Below, one piece after another: positions 14,651 to 26,145 of a DNA stretch of 64,000 bases; within the stretch, counting starts at the first letter, position 1; each line of letters starts with the position of its first letter. Origin of the DNA: Felis catus (taxonomy: Eukaryota); the NCBI RefSeq assembly GCF_018350175.1, contig NC_058368.1, forward strand, positions 78,308,001-78,372,000, written 5' to 3'. The notes beneath the pieces are model-generated. The model did not search any database, was not told the origin of the DNA, and was given only the letters and a program-made list of their open reading frames with translations. The position numbers and the translations under genes were made by a program.

Positions 14651-16458
14651 CCGTTCCACCAGCTGTTCCTGGCGCAGACGCGATCTCCACTTAAGGCCGG
14701 GGAGGCCCTGACATCATGAAGATGCTTGCGCAGGCGCAGTCGCATCTGCAGGCCTTGAGGGCACAGGGATGATGTGCGCACGCGTTCGGGTTGGGCACTG
14801 GTCCACCTTGCATGGCTGAGGCGGACTCCAGGGAGCCTGGTGGCAGCGTGACCACAAATACAACTCCTGTTAGCCTCCCAAAGTAGCAGGTGCTCTTTGC
14901 CAGTGTTTCACCCATGGGAGTGGATTTTGTCTGAGCGAGGATTTTGTCTCCCAAGAGCACTTTGTGCACTGGCTCCTTCCTTGGAATGTGAACCTGAGTC
15001 TTCCCTGGCCTTGGTCTGCTCACTAGCAAGTGACAGCCTCGTAGAGTTCTGTTTGCTGTTATGTAAACTGTACCAATACTCATCTCATTGGCTGCTTGTG
15101 AAAGTGCCCATAATTGAAAAGGGCATCTTGCCTCCCCAAACATCAGACGTTTCATTTAAAATGGAAAAATAGGCTTGTCCAAAATTGCTTAAGGCTGTCC
15201 TTTCCTATTTGTTTCTCATGATGGTACAGCTTGGATGTGAGTTCTTGTCTCCTAATACAGAAATAATACATAATTCATAAAAGTACATAATATACAATTC
15301 ATAATACAGACATAAAGAGTTGCATGCCTGGAAATCAACTATGGATTCTTCTAGTGTCTGTCCAAGGAGTCAAAATAAAATTATTTGGCAAATCTTCACT
15401 GAGCACCAACCATGATATAGTAATTTGCTAGGCATTCAAGATTGAGATAAAAACAAACTCAGTCCTTAGGTTCCAGGAACTGTTGATTTCTACTAATATT
15501 TTGTTTTGGTTTGTCTTCTTTCATGGAGAACTGAAAAATTATCCATGACGGTGGAAACACCTTTGAGAGTTATTTCCTCTTGCCATAAAATACTGTTGCT
15601 TTAAGGGGTGATATTTTAAGAAAGTGATATTTTGCTGCAACAGTCTCTGAGAGCATTTTAGAGCTACTAAGTGCCCTTTGGGGTTGTCTAATGTTCAAAA
15701 ATCTCATTTTACAAAACTGTCACTTATTTAATTCACAGCATTTGTTTGTAGCAGAGCTAGACTTAGCCCAACAACATTCAATTAATTTCCTTTTATGTCG
15801 AATGCACCTACGTTATCCAAATATTTCTCTGAAATCAGCTATGAAGTTTACAAGTCACATGATACTCTTTTGATGGTAATTTCCCTAACTACTATTCAAC
15901 TGAATTATCAATTTATTTTGGAGTAGCACCCAACAATGTTGGTAACGGACCCCCCCACAAAAGTCCATCTTATGAAAGGGCATTTGTGCGCATTTATACC
16001 TTGTTCAGCATCTACTGAGCTCCTATAACGTCAGAGTTTGCACTTTGTATTACTGATGGAAGAGAGGAACCATGGATTATGAAACCAAACTCCAAATTGA
16101 TTCAAATCCTAGTCCATGATATTTTAGCCTTTCTAATCCTTGATTCAAAGATAATCAAGGGTTTTTCATTAAGTATCTTCTAAAGTTGCTGTGACTATTA
16201 GTTTATTTACGTTAAGTGGTCTATCTTAGTGCCTGGCATTTATCAGGTGACAAACAACAAGAAGCTAATATCGAGAGCCTGGCTTTGACCTGGAGCTCTC
16301 CATCTTGGCAAGATACATGTTTTTTGTTTTGTTTTGTTAAATATGAAATATTCTTTGTATATATAAAATAGGGGACAGAGAATAGGGAATGACCAAGGGG
16401 CGGGGGGAATCAGACATCTGTAGATAAACAATTTAGTACAACTTGGTGCCTTGGGAAA

Positions 16459-16651
16459 GTGAAGGTAATGAAGCACCAGCTTCAAGGGCCCCTTTGTGTG
16501 GACACGTCCCAGGCCCTGGGCTCTAGCAGTGTTCCCTGGTCTTGTGCTTTTGGAAAAGTTGCAAAAGTAAGATAATTTTGCATTCCTGTTCTTTGGAAGG
16601 CCCTCTAAATCTCCTCACGTTCAGGCCTCAGAAAACCTCCATCTGCCCGTG
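16459..16651 (+). mobile_element. hAT-Tip100 DNA transposon fossil (MER69A/Arthur1-like)
   Basis: GTGAAGGTAATGAAGC...CTTCAAGGGCCCC and GCAAAAGTAAGATA motifs resemble the recalled consensus. Confidence 0.45.
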
Positions 16652-16867
16652 AAGGTCCATTCTGATAGAGGTAAGGGAGGGCTGGGCTGGGAGAAAAGAG
16701 AAACAAAATAAGTTACGGATGCGTTTTTAAGGAAGTACCGGAACGCACGGTACATACCCCTCCTAACTCTATTGGCCAGACACGCTGTCTTAGGTAATTA
16801 ATCCTAATCTGTGTACACGCTTAGAGCTGTGTCCCAAAGGGAAATCTGGTGCGTTACCAACACTCAC

Positions 16868-17000
16868 CCTGGGGGCCTCGGATGAGGGGCAGGAGGCCTC
16901 CAGGTGCCCCGGGCTCAGAAGCCGCCGGGTCCGGTAGCCCACCGCGAGATCCAGCGTGCCGGCGGCCAGGCTCCAACGTATCTTGTCCGTGCCGGCCACC
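16868..17000 (-). other. LIG4: Probable LIG4 distal alternative first exon (5' end approximate)
   Basis: Strong minus-strand donor AGG|GTGAGT (plus-strand ACTCACCCT, 16862-16870) at the left edge of the CpG island. Confidence 0.6.
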
Positions 17001-17790
17001 GTCGCCGGGGACTCCCCCGACTGTGGTTTGTGCGCATGCCCGGGAGGGCGGGCCGGGTTCCCACTAGGAGGAGGAAGGCGGAGAGGGGAGCAGGTGATGT
17101 GGGAGCCGGCGGGGACATTTGCCGGCGACACCGAGCGTGGGCCGGAAGTGGAGGAGCCGCGAGCGGCGCCGCAAGAGCTCCGGGCTAGACCGTGGCGACG
17201 GCGGCGGCCCCTCGGCTGGAGGAGGACGATGAGGAGCGACGGAAGCGGCGCGGGGGGACGCTGCCGCGCGGCAACGGGTTCCGTGTCCGCGGCCCACTGC
17301 GCAGCCTGCGAGCAGGTCTAAGTAAGTACGGTGCGCGGCCGCCGAGCCGCCGGGTGCGCTCCCGCCGGGGAGGGACGCGGGGGGCGGCCGGCGGGGCCTC
17401 GCGGGCGCCCGGGACCCGAACCGCCTCCCCGGGGGAGCGGGACCCGCTCCGCAGCCCCGCGGCCCGTCGCGGGACGGGGCGCGCCGGTTACCGAGCGCCC
17501 GGCGCTGCCGTGCGGGGCTGGACGCGGAGCGCGTCTCCGAAGCCTGTCGGCGGTCAGGTCAGGAGCGCGCACAGACCGGTACTTAGAGCTCGCCCCTCGC
17601 GGCCCGCGCCCTCCCACGCTCCTGGCGAAAGTGACACCGAACTCCCCCAGCTGCGCGGTCAGAGAGGGCCCGCAGAGTCCCGGCCGCTCCCCGCCACCGA
17701 CAGGTGTAGACCTGCGGATTGCATGGCAGCAAGTTTGGGGTGTCTAAGAAACGGCGCGAGTGCACCCCACGCAATTGAAGTCGACTTTGC
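16870..17790. promoter_or_regulatory. CpG island, bidirectional LIG4/ABHD13 promoter
   Basis: Very high GC/CpG; NRF1-like TGCGCATGCC (17031-17040), GC boxes, GABPA/ETS GCCGGAAGTG (17141-17150); splice donors point outward on both strands. Confidence 0.9.
17150..17321 (+). other. ABHD13: ABHD13 exon 1 (leader; TSS approximate)
   Basis: Donor TAA|GTAAGT at 17321/17322 inside the CpG island, downstream of the ETS motif; pairs with the acceptor at 35378-35379. Confidence 0.8.
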
Positions 17791-19423
17791 CGTCGATTTT
17801 TGTCAGCTTTTGCTTTCTGCAAAATGCGATGCTGGTGATACTCCCCGGGGCATCATAACCGAAAACAAATCTTTTATTCGGGTGTTTTACATAGGTTCAC
17901 TAGGTCATAGTAACAACATTAAGGCACAAGAGGCTTCCAGTTTTGATGTTTGATTTATATTGATCCTGTCCTGGTTTCTTTGGCCCGGGTGAATACTTAC
18001 CTGTGTCCATACTTAGATTAATCACATGTCTTTTACCAAGAAGTTGCATTTTATTTGAGTAAACGATAATTTGCTGCCATGCATGTAATGGAATCTCATA
18101 ATTATGCCACCTAAAACATAGACTGCTCAATTCAGTTAATTGTTGACTTACTATGTGCCAGGCACTGACTACCGAAAATAGAGAATCGAATAGATGAAGT
18201 CATGGTCATCGAGGAGCTCCCAGTCTGTGTAAAACAGGTGAATTAATTATTCTACAGTAGTAAGCGTCACCACATAAATTTGTACGAACTGCAGGATGTG
18301 GAATGGTTGGTAGGGGGGAGTAGAGGTCCAGGAAAGGCTTTCTGAAGGAGCTGCTACCTGAACTGGGTTTTGACAGAAAGGTAACGCATTGCCCTATTTA
18401 TTTCCTGTGTGCACATCCTCCGGTATTCTCCAGTGAGTCTCATCCATTATTTAATCCAAATCTAGCAGAACTTGTAGTTGTGCTTACTTTCATTCACCCT
18501 GCTCTAGTGGCTGTTAGAATATTTAAATTTCGTCTTCTAGAAGTGGCTGCATTAACACACTACGTATGACATTTGATGCCAGCAGTTTTTCTGTTACATG
18601 TTTCGTCTCCCTTTTAGACGTGAGGAAGTATGTATTCAGAGAAGCTAAGTGAGTTGGCAAAGGCCACCTAGCTATTAGCAGACCAGGCCAGGAAACCTGT
18701 CTCTTTCCACTGCCCCACGCTGGCTGCCTCCCATTGGTAGCTGATTGGAAATGATGACTGTGAACCTGCTTAGGGACGGCTGTGTGTCCAGACCCAGGCG
18801 CACCACATGCCTTCGCGGGCCCGCTTCTGGCCCCTTGCCCTCTGAGTGACAGGATTTACAAACCAGATTGTGCTGGGTTAACGAGATCACTCAGTGATAG
18901 GTTCAGGAAGCTGTCCAGCCTGGCATTTTTCTAGGGTGCCCTCTCTCTTGTTACTCATCTCATGGGATTCTTTTCCTATTTTTCTGTTTCCCACTAATTT
19001 AGAACTCAATTATTACTCAGATTCTAAAATCTTTCCGAACCTTGTTTCATCACCTCAGGGATGCCTGGGGCCCTTACATATGCTTCTTGGATGTTGACCA
19101 AAAAAGGTGTTAGTTTTCCTAATTCTTCTAATTAAGATTTCTGCCCCTCAAATGATACCTTTCATAATAAGTTATTATAGTTTATGTTAATGTTTCTTAT
19201 AGGTCTTAACTCCTTCAGCAGTGCATTCTACTAAAATTGCAAAGGTGTACTATTTCCAGGGCATGCACTATATGCATTAATGAGTTAGACTAGGGTCTTA
19301 CCTTTTCTGTAACAGTGTTGTTATAAGAAAATGACTTTTCAGTTCCATCCATCTGGTTTATAGTAAAGTGTCTAGAACAGTACCACTTCATAAGTTGGAA
19401 ACATACTAAATTTCACTATCAGT

Positions 19424-19642
19424 CTTTTTTTTTTTTTTTAGTGTTTATTTTTGAGAGAGAGAGAGAGAAATAGAGCACGAGCAGGGAAGGGGAACAAAGA
19501 GAGGGAGACAGAGAATCTGAAACAGGCTCCAGGCTCTGAGCTGTCCGCCCAGAGCCCAACGCGGGGCTCGAACTCACAAACGGTGAGATCGTGACCTGAG
19601 CCAAAGTCAGACGCTTAACCTACTGAGCCACCCAGGCGCCCC
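19424..19642 (-). mobile_element. CanSINE
   Basis: Full-length reverse copy; TSD caYtatcagtctt. Confidence 0.95.
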
Positions 19643-20721
19643 TCATTATCAGTCTTAATTCTAACATCACTATTTGCATTTTTAGCCTCCGTGGATTTTT
19701 TTTAAATGATTTTCTTTCTTACAGATATTTGTAATCTCAGAACAGATTGTGATTGGCTTCCAGTGGCAGTGAGCTGTCCTCTTTGTTCTGTCAGTTGACT
19801 CTATCTGCCACCCCTTCCTTGCTTCCAGTAAAAGGGGAAGGCACAAAAATGCTCTGTGTCACCACCTGGTGTGTTTGAGATACCTGCCCAAGCAGAGTTC
19901 AGTCCCTGAACTAGTCTGCTGTCCACCATTTTCGTAGGCAGTTGGTGCTTCATTTGTCCCCTGGGGCTATTAATACACACTTCTTCATTATTGATGACAT
20001 GTGGGTAACCGTTAGGGAAATAGATAATTCATTCTGTGGTGTCTCCCAACACTCTGATAGCTTTTTGTGTTTCCATTTCAGCTGTGCAGCTGGCATGGTT
20101 TCTTCTCTTTCCAGCGCTTCGCAGAGAAGGGGATATATCGATGCAGGAAGGCTGAATCTGCATTCTTCATTACTTGAAATGTGATTGGAAACTGAATTCC
20201 CTTAGAGTCCTTAATAGTGCCGCGGAATACTCGTTCTTCCCCTGTTGTACAGCTGTTAGCAGCTGTTAGAATTTGCTTTCTACTTTTTACAGTCTTCTTG
20301 CGAACCTCCATGCTGTTCTGTCACTTGTAGGTAGGTTTTTTAATGTATGATCAGTTTTTGTTCTTAAAACTATTCCTGAAATTATCAATCTGAGATGGAC
20401 TCAAGGGTCTTTAAAAATAATAGTACATTGATGAATTAGGAGTTTCTTAGTTGCATTTATAATTGCTTAACCTTTAGTTTGGGGGGAATTCGTGTGTCAC
20501 GTCTAGGTAAACGTTGTTTCAAAGAACTTTTTTCTGTCGGCAGAATCAGTAAGTCAGTAATGCAATGTAAACTTTTGCAGTTAAAAAAATAGAATAATTG
20601 GCATTTACTTTTTTGTGTGAGAATTCCAGCCTTTATTAAAGTATAATTTTAAGTGTGATTAAAAGAATAACTTACATACTTTGCTAGTTATTGAGGCAAT
20701 AATCAAAAAATGTGTTCAATT

Positions 20722-21063
20722 AGAGAAAGACAAACGTATGACTTCACTCATAGGAGGAATTTAAGATACAAAACAGATGAACATAAGGGAAGGGAAGTAA
20801 AAATAATATAAAAACAGAGAGGGGGACAAAACATAAGAGACTCTTAAATACAGAGGACAAACAGAGGGTTGCTGGAGGGGTTGTGGGTGGAGAGATGGCT
20901 AAATGGGCGAGGGGCATTAGAGAGGACACTTGTTGGGATGAGCACCGGGTGTTATACGTAGGGGATGAATCACTGGAATCTACTTCTGAAATCATTATTG
21001 CACCATATGCTAAATAACTTAGAGGTAAGTCAAAAAATTAATTAATTAATTAAAAAAAAAAAA
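20722..21063 (+). mobile_element. 5'-truncated carnivore/felid L1 3' end with poly(A)
   Basis: AAAACAGATGAACATAAGGGAAGGGAAG...TTGTTGGGATGAGCACCGGGTGTTATA...GATGAATCACTGGAATCTACT signature followed by an A tail. Confidence 0.88.
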
Positions 21064-22130
21064 GGCAACCACACATGAGAAGTATCAGGCATGTGATGTG
21101 AGAGGGGCTCAAATCAGAGCCCCCTTCCCTGCATGGTACTGATGTGACCTGCCAGGCCAAGTCCAATGGCACTGGAGGGGGTGGTGTCTGAGGGCCCTCC
21201 CTGCTCCAGACTGCCCCAGAACTCAGGCCCAGGAAGGGATGAGGTGGGCCGTGTGTGCATCCCTGTACCTCTGTCTCAGGTTTCTGCCTGACTCCATGGC
21301 CCCCTTCAAGGTGTTTTTCAAGGCTAGCTGCTTCCGATCCATTACTTTCAACCAAGGCCTGGACCCAGATGGTCCCAGCGGCCTCTCACTCTTTCCTTCC
21401 CACCACAACCCCCACTGCCCCCCAGTCCCCCAGCCCCCAGGGGCCCCTCTGCCCGCCGCCTGCCCACTCACTACCAGCTGGCTACCTCAGGGGCCACCTG
21501 CTGTCAGGGGCTTCTTCCGCCCACTGCACCTCCCCCCAGGCTCCCAGCCCCCCGACAGAACTAAGTTCCCTTTGGCCGAGCCCCTCAGCACCGCCGCTCC
21601 CGGCTCACGCTGACCACCCAGCATGTCGCACCATGCCATACCATGCCACGCCATGCCCAGGGTGCAGGCTCTGGCACCACAACCCCAGTCCAGGTCGGTG
21701 AGCACACTGGACAAGACAGTCCCTTCTCTCTTTAGAACCCAGTTGCCATGCCTAACCAGAAAAGAGGTGATCCATGGGGTAGTGATGGTTCCTTTCAACA
21801 GTGGTGGTCCGGGTCCGCAGCCAGACCGCCTGGGTGCCAGCTCTGCGAATCTCCCCCCCCCCCCCCCCCCCCCCGCCCCAGCCACATGACCCTGGGCACA
21901 TCTGTATGTGGGGGTGGCTGGTACCTACCTTGAAAAGTTCAAGGCATTACACGAGGAAATATTAGGGTGACCATATATCTGGCTGTGCCCAGAACAGTCC
22001 CAGTTTGTACCTGTTGACCTGTCACAGTTAATTGTGCCTCCTTTCGCTCTCACTAGTGAAGAGAGGCAGAGAGCGTGCTGTGTGCCTGGCAGGATATTCA
22101 GCTATTCAATGATTATGACAGTGCTCATTC

Positions 22131-22243
22131 TTTTTTTTAAGATTTATTTTTTCACTTAATCTCTACCCCCAACGTGGGGCTTGAACTTGCTACCCCAAGA
22201 TCAAGAGTCACAGGCTCCAGTGACTGGGCCAGCCAGGTACCCC
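22131..22243 (-). mobile_element. Short tRNA-Lys-like CanSINE lacking the CT body
   Basis: Reverse of GGGGTACCTGGCTGGC...CTCTTGATCTTGGGG...AAGCCCCACGTTGGGGGTAGAGATTA with A tail. Confidence 0.8.
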
Positions 22244-22244
22244 T

Positions 22245-22469
22245 GTGATGTCAATTCCTGATTGCTGAGGCAGTGACACAAATCTGCATGTGATAGAATG
22301 ACTTGGAACCTGTATGGATGTCAGCTTCCCGTAACGATGCTGTTCTCCAGTGATGGGAGGTGTTGCTGTGGAGGAAAACTGGGGGATGTGTACATGGGAC
22401 CTCTCTTTACTGTTCTTGCATTTTCTTTTGCATCTGTAATTACTTCAAAACGAAAAGTTAAAAAAAAAA
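22245..22469 (+). mobile_element. Old L1M 3'-end fragment
   Basis: GGAAAACTGGG...TACATGGGACCTCTCT..TACT...TTGCA...TCTGTAATTACTTCAAAA..AAAAGTTAAAA signature. Confidence 0.6.
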
Positions 22470-23001
22470 TGTATCCCTATAGTTTGAGTTTTAGTTCTTG
22501 ATATATTTAAGTTGTTCTCCTCTTTAAATTTTGGATAAGGAGTTGATAATAGATTACCAACTTCAGTGGGCAAGCAGTAATATTTTTTGGCAGGGAGGAA
22601 GTTGATGGTGGTTGTTACTCTGGACTTGAAATTAATCTTTAGTGTTTGCCATCGTGTACTTTACTTTCACTGGAGAGAATGACCCGAGTTCCATTAACAA
22701 AGCAAAAGCAAAGCATTGCAGTGTTCATAGCAACTCATGATAGTTCCTTATATAGTCCTGGCTTTTCTTTGTCTCTGCCCAGTAATACTCCTAAAACAGG
22801 CCAGGTCTGTTGTTTTATGTGAAGGTTGTGTAGCCAAACTTATTTTCTACAATTTAAGTGTGTGCTCTTTAAAAATATGTTTCTTTGATAGTAGTGGTCT
22901 GGGAAGGAGACTGAAATGTATGATGAATAAAATATCTTACAAACCTCAGTTGAGATATAAAATCACTGTATCTCTGTGCATCTGAGTTTTCTAGAGACTC
23001 A

Positions 23002-23212
23002 TTTAAAAAATTTTTTTTAATGTTTATTTATTTTTGAGAGCGTGTGAACAAAGTGGGGGAGGGGCAGAGACAGTAAGAGACACAGAATCTGAAACAGGCT
23101 CCAGCTCTGAGCTGTCAGCACAGAGCCTGGCACAGGGCTTGAACTCAAGGACTGTGAGATCCTGACCTGAGCCAAAGTCAGACACTTAACCAGCTGAGCC
23201 ACCCAGGTGCCC
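23002..23212 (-). mobile_element. CanSINE
   Basis: Full-length reverse copy; TSD ~gaSactcattt. Confidence 0.93.
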
Positions 23213-23760
23213 GGACACTCATTTTTAATCTTGGTGCATACTTAACCTCTCTCACTTACTTTTCAATTACTCCTTAAAGTCAACTGGGCCCTCCAACCTC
23301 TACTAGTCAGTAAAGACCATGTATTTTGTAATCTAATGCTTATTTTCCAGTTCTGCCTTTCATTTTTCTCTGTCACCTGTAAAATGAATTTGTGAGACCC
23401 TAGGGATTATTCAGTTTAACAGTTTGGTTCGACAGATACGGAAACTGATACCCAAGGTAAAAAGTGATAGACAGGAAGACCCATTATTCAGGGTCCCCAT
23501 ATTTAAATGTGGACTTAGTGATTTGAGAATGTGTGAAGCAGGGTTCATTGGGTAAAAGCCTCACCCAGGTGACACAGAACTTGTGCCTGAGCTGAAAGTT
23601 CTCTCTCCAAAGCTTGTCGTTTGTCTTATGTTTGTGATCCTTGGGAACCTGAAGAATGTTAGGTGTTTTTGTTAAAGGTATTTATCTTCCAGAATCTAGC
23701 AAGCTGTAACAGTGTATTACAATGCACAGAATATTTAAATTAAAAGAGTACATCATTCTT

Positions 23761-24590
23761 TTGGAGGTGGGGGAGTTCTGTTTTTATTTTATTTTGTTTT
23801 ATTTTATAGTATTTTATTTTATTTTGTTTTATGTTATGTTATTTATTTTTTAATTTTAATTCCAGCATAGTAACATACAGTGCTACACTAGTTTCAGGGA
23901 TTTATTCTGAGGCTGCAAAAACATTTCAGTATTCTCAGCATGATACAACACATTAACAAATTGTAGGACAAATCATATGGTCATTTTGACATTCGGAAAA
24001 ATCATTTGAGGGGCGCCCGGGTGGCTCAGTCGGTTGAGTGTCCAACTTCAGCCCAGGTCATGATCTCACGGTTCATGGGTTCGAGTCCGGCATCGGGCTC
24101 TGTGCTGACAGCTCAGAGGCTGGGGCCTGCTTCGGATTCTGCGTCTCCCTCTCTCTCTGCCCCTCCCCCTAACCCCCCTCTCAAAAATGAGTAAACATTT
24201 AAAAATGTATTTTAAAAAAGATTTGAAATAATTGAACATCATTTCATGATAAAAACTCTCAACAGAGTGAGTATAGAGGGAATACACTTCAATATAATGA
24301 AGGCCATGTATATAAAAATCCCAAAGCAACATTGTACTTAGTGGTGGAAAACGGAATGCTTTTCCCCTAAGATCAGGAACACGACCAGGAAGTCCACTCG
24401 CCTCACTTTTAGTGTTCTATTACTGCGGGTGCCGGCTGTAGGAGGCTTCAGTGTGGCCTCTTCTCTCCATTTTGTCATCGAGTTTCTTCTGTCAGTCCTC
24501 GGGTTGATTTCCAGTGTATTTCGGGTGATTTGGTGGCTACCTGGTTGTGTTCCTGGGCCGAGACAAGTGCCGCTGTCCTCCTCTCCCCGT
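23761..24590 (-). mobile_element. Rearranged carnivore L1 insertion (5'UTR piece + inverted ORF2 piece + 3' tail)
   Basis: 14-bp TSD AGTACATCATTCTT at 23747-23760 and 24591-24604; three L1-like segments in alternating orientation between them. Confidence 0.75.
24010..24212 (+). mobile_element. CanSINE nested in the L1 ORF2 fragment
   Basis: Full head and body; TSD ~aaaaaWSatttga. Confidence 0.93.
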
Positions 24591-24668
24591 AGTACATCAT
24601 TCTTAATGTGAGAGTGACACATCTGCGGAGGGAAAGGCAGTAAGGTTCTAGGGTCAGGCACTATGGAA

Positions 24669-26145
24669 CAGTGGTTTTTAAGCTTTCTGGTCTCAGAACC
24701 CCTTTACATTTTAAAAAATTGTCAAGGATGCCAAAATGGTTTTTGACATGTGTACTATACACAGATTTATTGTGTTAGAAATTAAAGCTAGGAGTTTATA
24801 AAATATATAACGTTGTCATTTTAAAGTGGCAGTAAAAAATCATTACATATTCACAATTAAAAAAAAATTTTTTTAACGTTTATTTATTTTTGAGACAGAG
24901 AGAGACAGAGCATGAGCAGGGGAGGGTCAGAGAGAGAGGGAGACACAGAATCCGAAACAGGCTCCAGGCTCTGAGCCGTCCGCACAGAGCCCGACGCGGG
25001 GCTCGAACTCACGGACCACGAGATCGTGACCTGAGCCGAAGTCGGATGCTTAACCGACCGAGCCACCCAGGCGCCCCCACAATTTTTTTTATCCAAAACA
25101 GGTGTCTTTGCAAAACAATTAATGGGGAGTGTGGCATTGTTTTACATTTCTGTAAGTATCTTTAATGTCTGCTTAAATGGAGGCTGGCAGATTATTATCA
25201 TCCTTCTGCATTCATTCTCCTAAGGTAGGTGGTTTTAGGTAAACTCTGAAGAAAATTGGGCTCACATAACCCTGCAGCTGTCAAGGGAGGAGTATCGTGG
25301 CTGTTCTTTGGTAACTGCGGTATTCAACAGACGGTAGTCAAACTGTAGAATCCGAACCCCGTATCAAAGAACTTTTCGTCTTTGTCACCTTGACATCCAA
25401 AAGCTTATGTTATAATGAATTTTTATCCATGCTGGATCATGGGACATCATTCATTGGTGACTTGGAAAATACTAGTATGCCGTGTTGGGCAGATTCTTCC
25501 AAATGTTGAGTCATTTCGTAGGTTGTCAAAAGTCACGTTTGCTAATATCGTCACCACCACGATGCCATCAGAAGAGTCTCCGAAGTCATGGGATGCTATT
25601 GGCCACTTCACATTCATTTTTCATAAAATGTCTACTAGACATCTAACTCTGAATGAGCATACTTTATCAGGTGGCTGTTTCAGTAAAAATGTTGTCACCT
25701 AGAAAAGCAGCTGGGTCAGCTCACAGCTCAGAATTTCAGCATTCAGCGCTGGTGTTGTTTGTGTCCTCCGCATTTTGTCACACAGAATATTAAAGACGTG
25801 TACTCACTGGTTGAGATATAATCCTTCCCATTTTGTCACACAATATTAAAGATGTATATTCAGTCGTTGACATATAATTACATTAATAATTTTTGCGGCT
25901 CTCTCAGTGACATTCTTATGTAAAAATGACTTCTCTCCTTCCTGGAATCCGTGGGGATAAAGAATATGATTCTTAAGTCTTGGTGCCTCTGCCTTGATTC
26001 TTGTTGCCTGTCATTGGTTTTGTACCTTAAATGTGAATGTCCAACAGTGAAAAGCCAAATAGAGTATAGGCAAATACGGTATAATTGTAATATTGATCTT
26101 GAAGACACCTATAAAGGGTCTTGGTGACCCCTGGGAGTCTGCATT
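24669..26145. mobile_element. hAT-Charlie DNA transposon fossil (Charlie1a/b-like)
   Basis: Begins CAGTGGTTTTTAAGCTTTCTGGTCTCAGAACCCCTTTACA; contains GAGTGTGGCATTGTTTTACATTT and CTTCTGCATTCA motifs; ~1.25 kb once the nested SINE is removed. Confidence 0.75.
24859..25077 (-). mobile_element. CanSINE (young, CpG-rich) nested in the Charlie element
   Basis: Full-length reverse copy; TSD cacaatt. Confidence 0.95.

Larger units (their letters stand above)
14150..14830 (-). promoter_or_regulatory. LIG4: CpG island / proximal LIG4 promoter
   Basis: High GC and CpG density; NRF1 consensus TGCGCAGGCGCA (14727-14738), NRF1-like TGCGCACGCG (14775-14784), ETS core CCGGAAG (~14628). Confidence 0.85.

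Noticed and set aside
14054..15155. Long overlapping ORFs (up to 221 aa) around the first CpG island
   Set aside because: GC-rich, stop-poor promoter DNA; Pro/Arg/Gly-rich translations on both strands with no recognisable domain.
17322..17953. Unspliced continuation of the 253-aa ORF starting at 17192
   Set aside because: It runs through a strong GTAAGT donor into intronic CpG island; only the exon 1 part is considered meaningful.
21239..21889. Processed pseudogene in the GC-rich block
   Set aside because: None of the translated frames resembles a protein I recognise, and there is no clear poly(A) plus TSD of its own.
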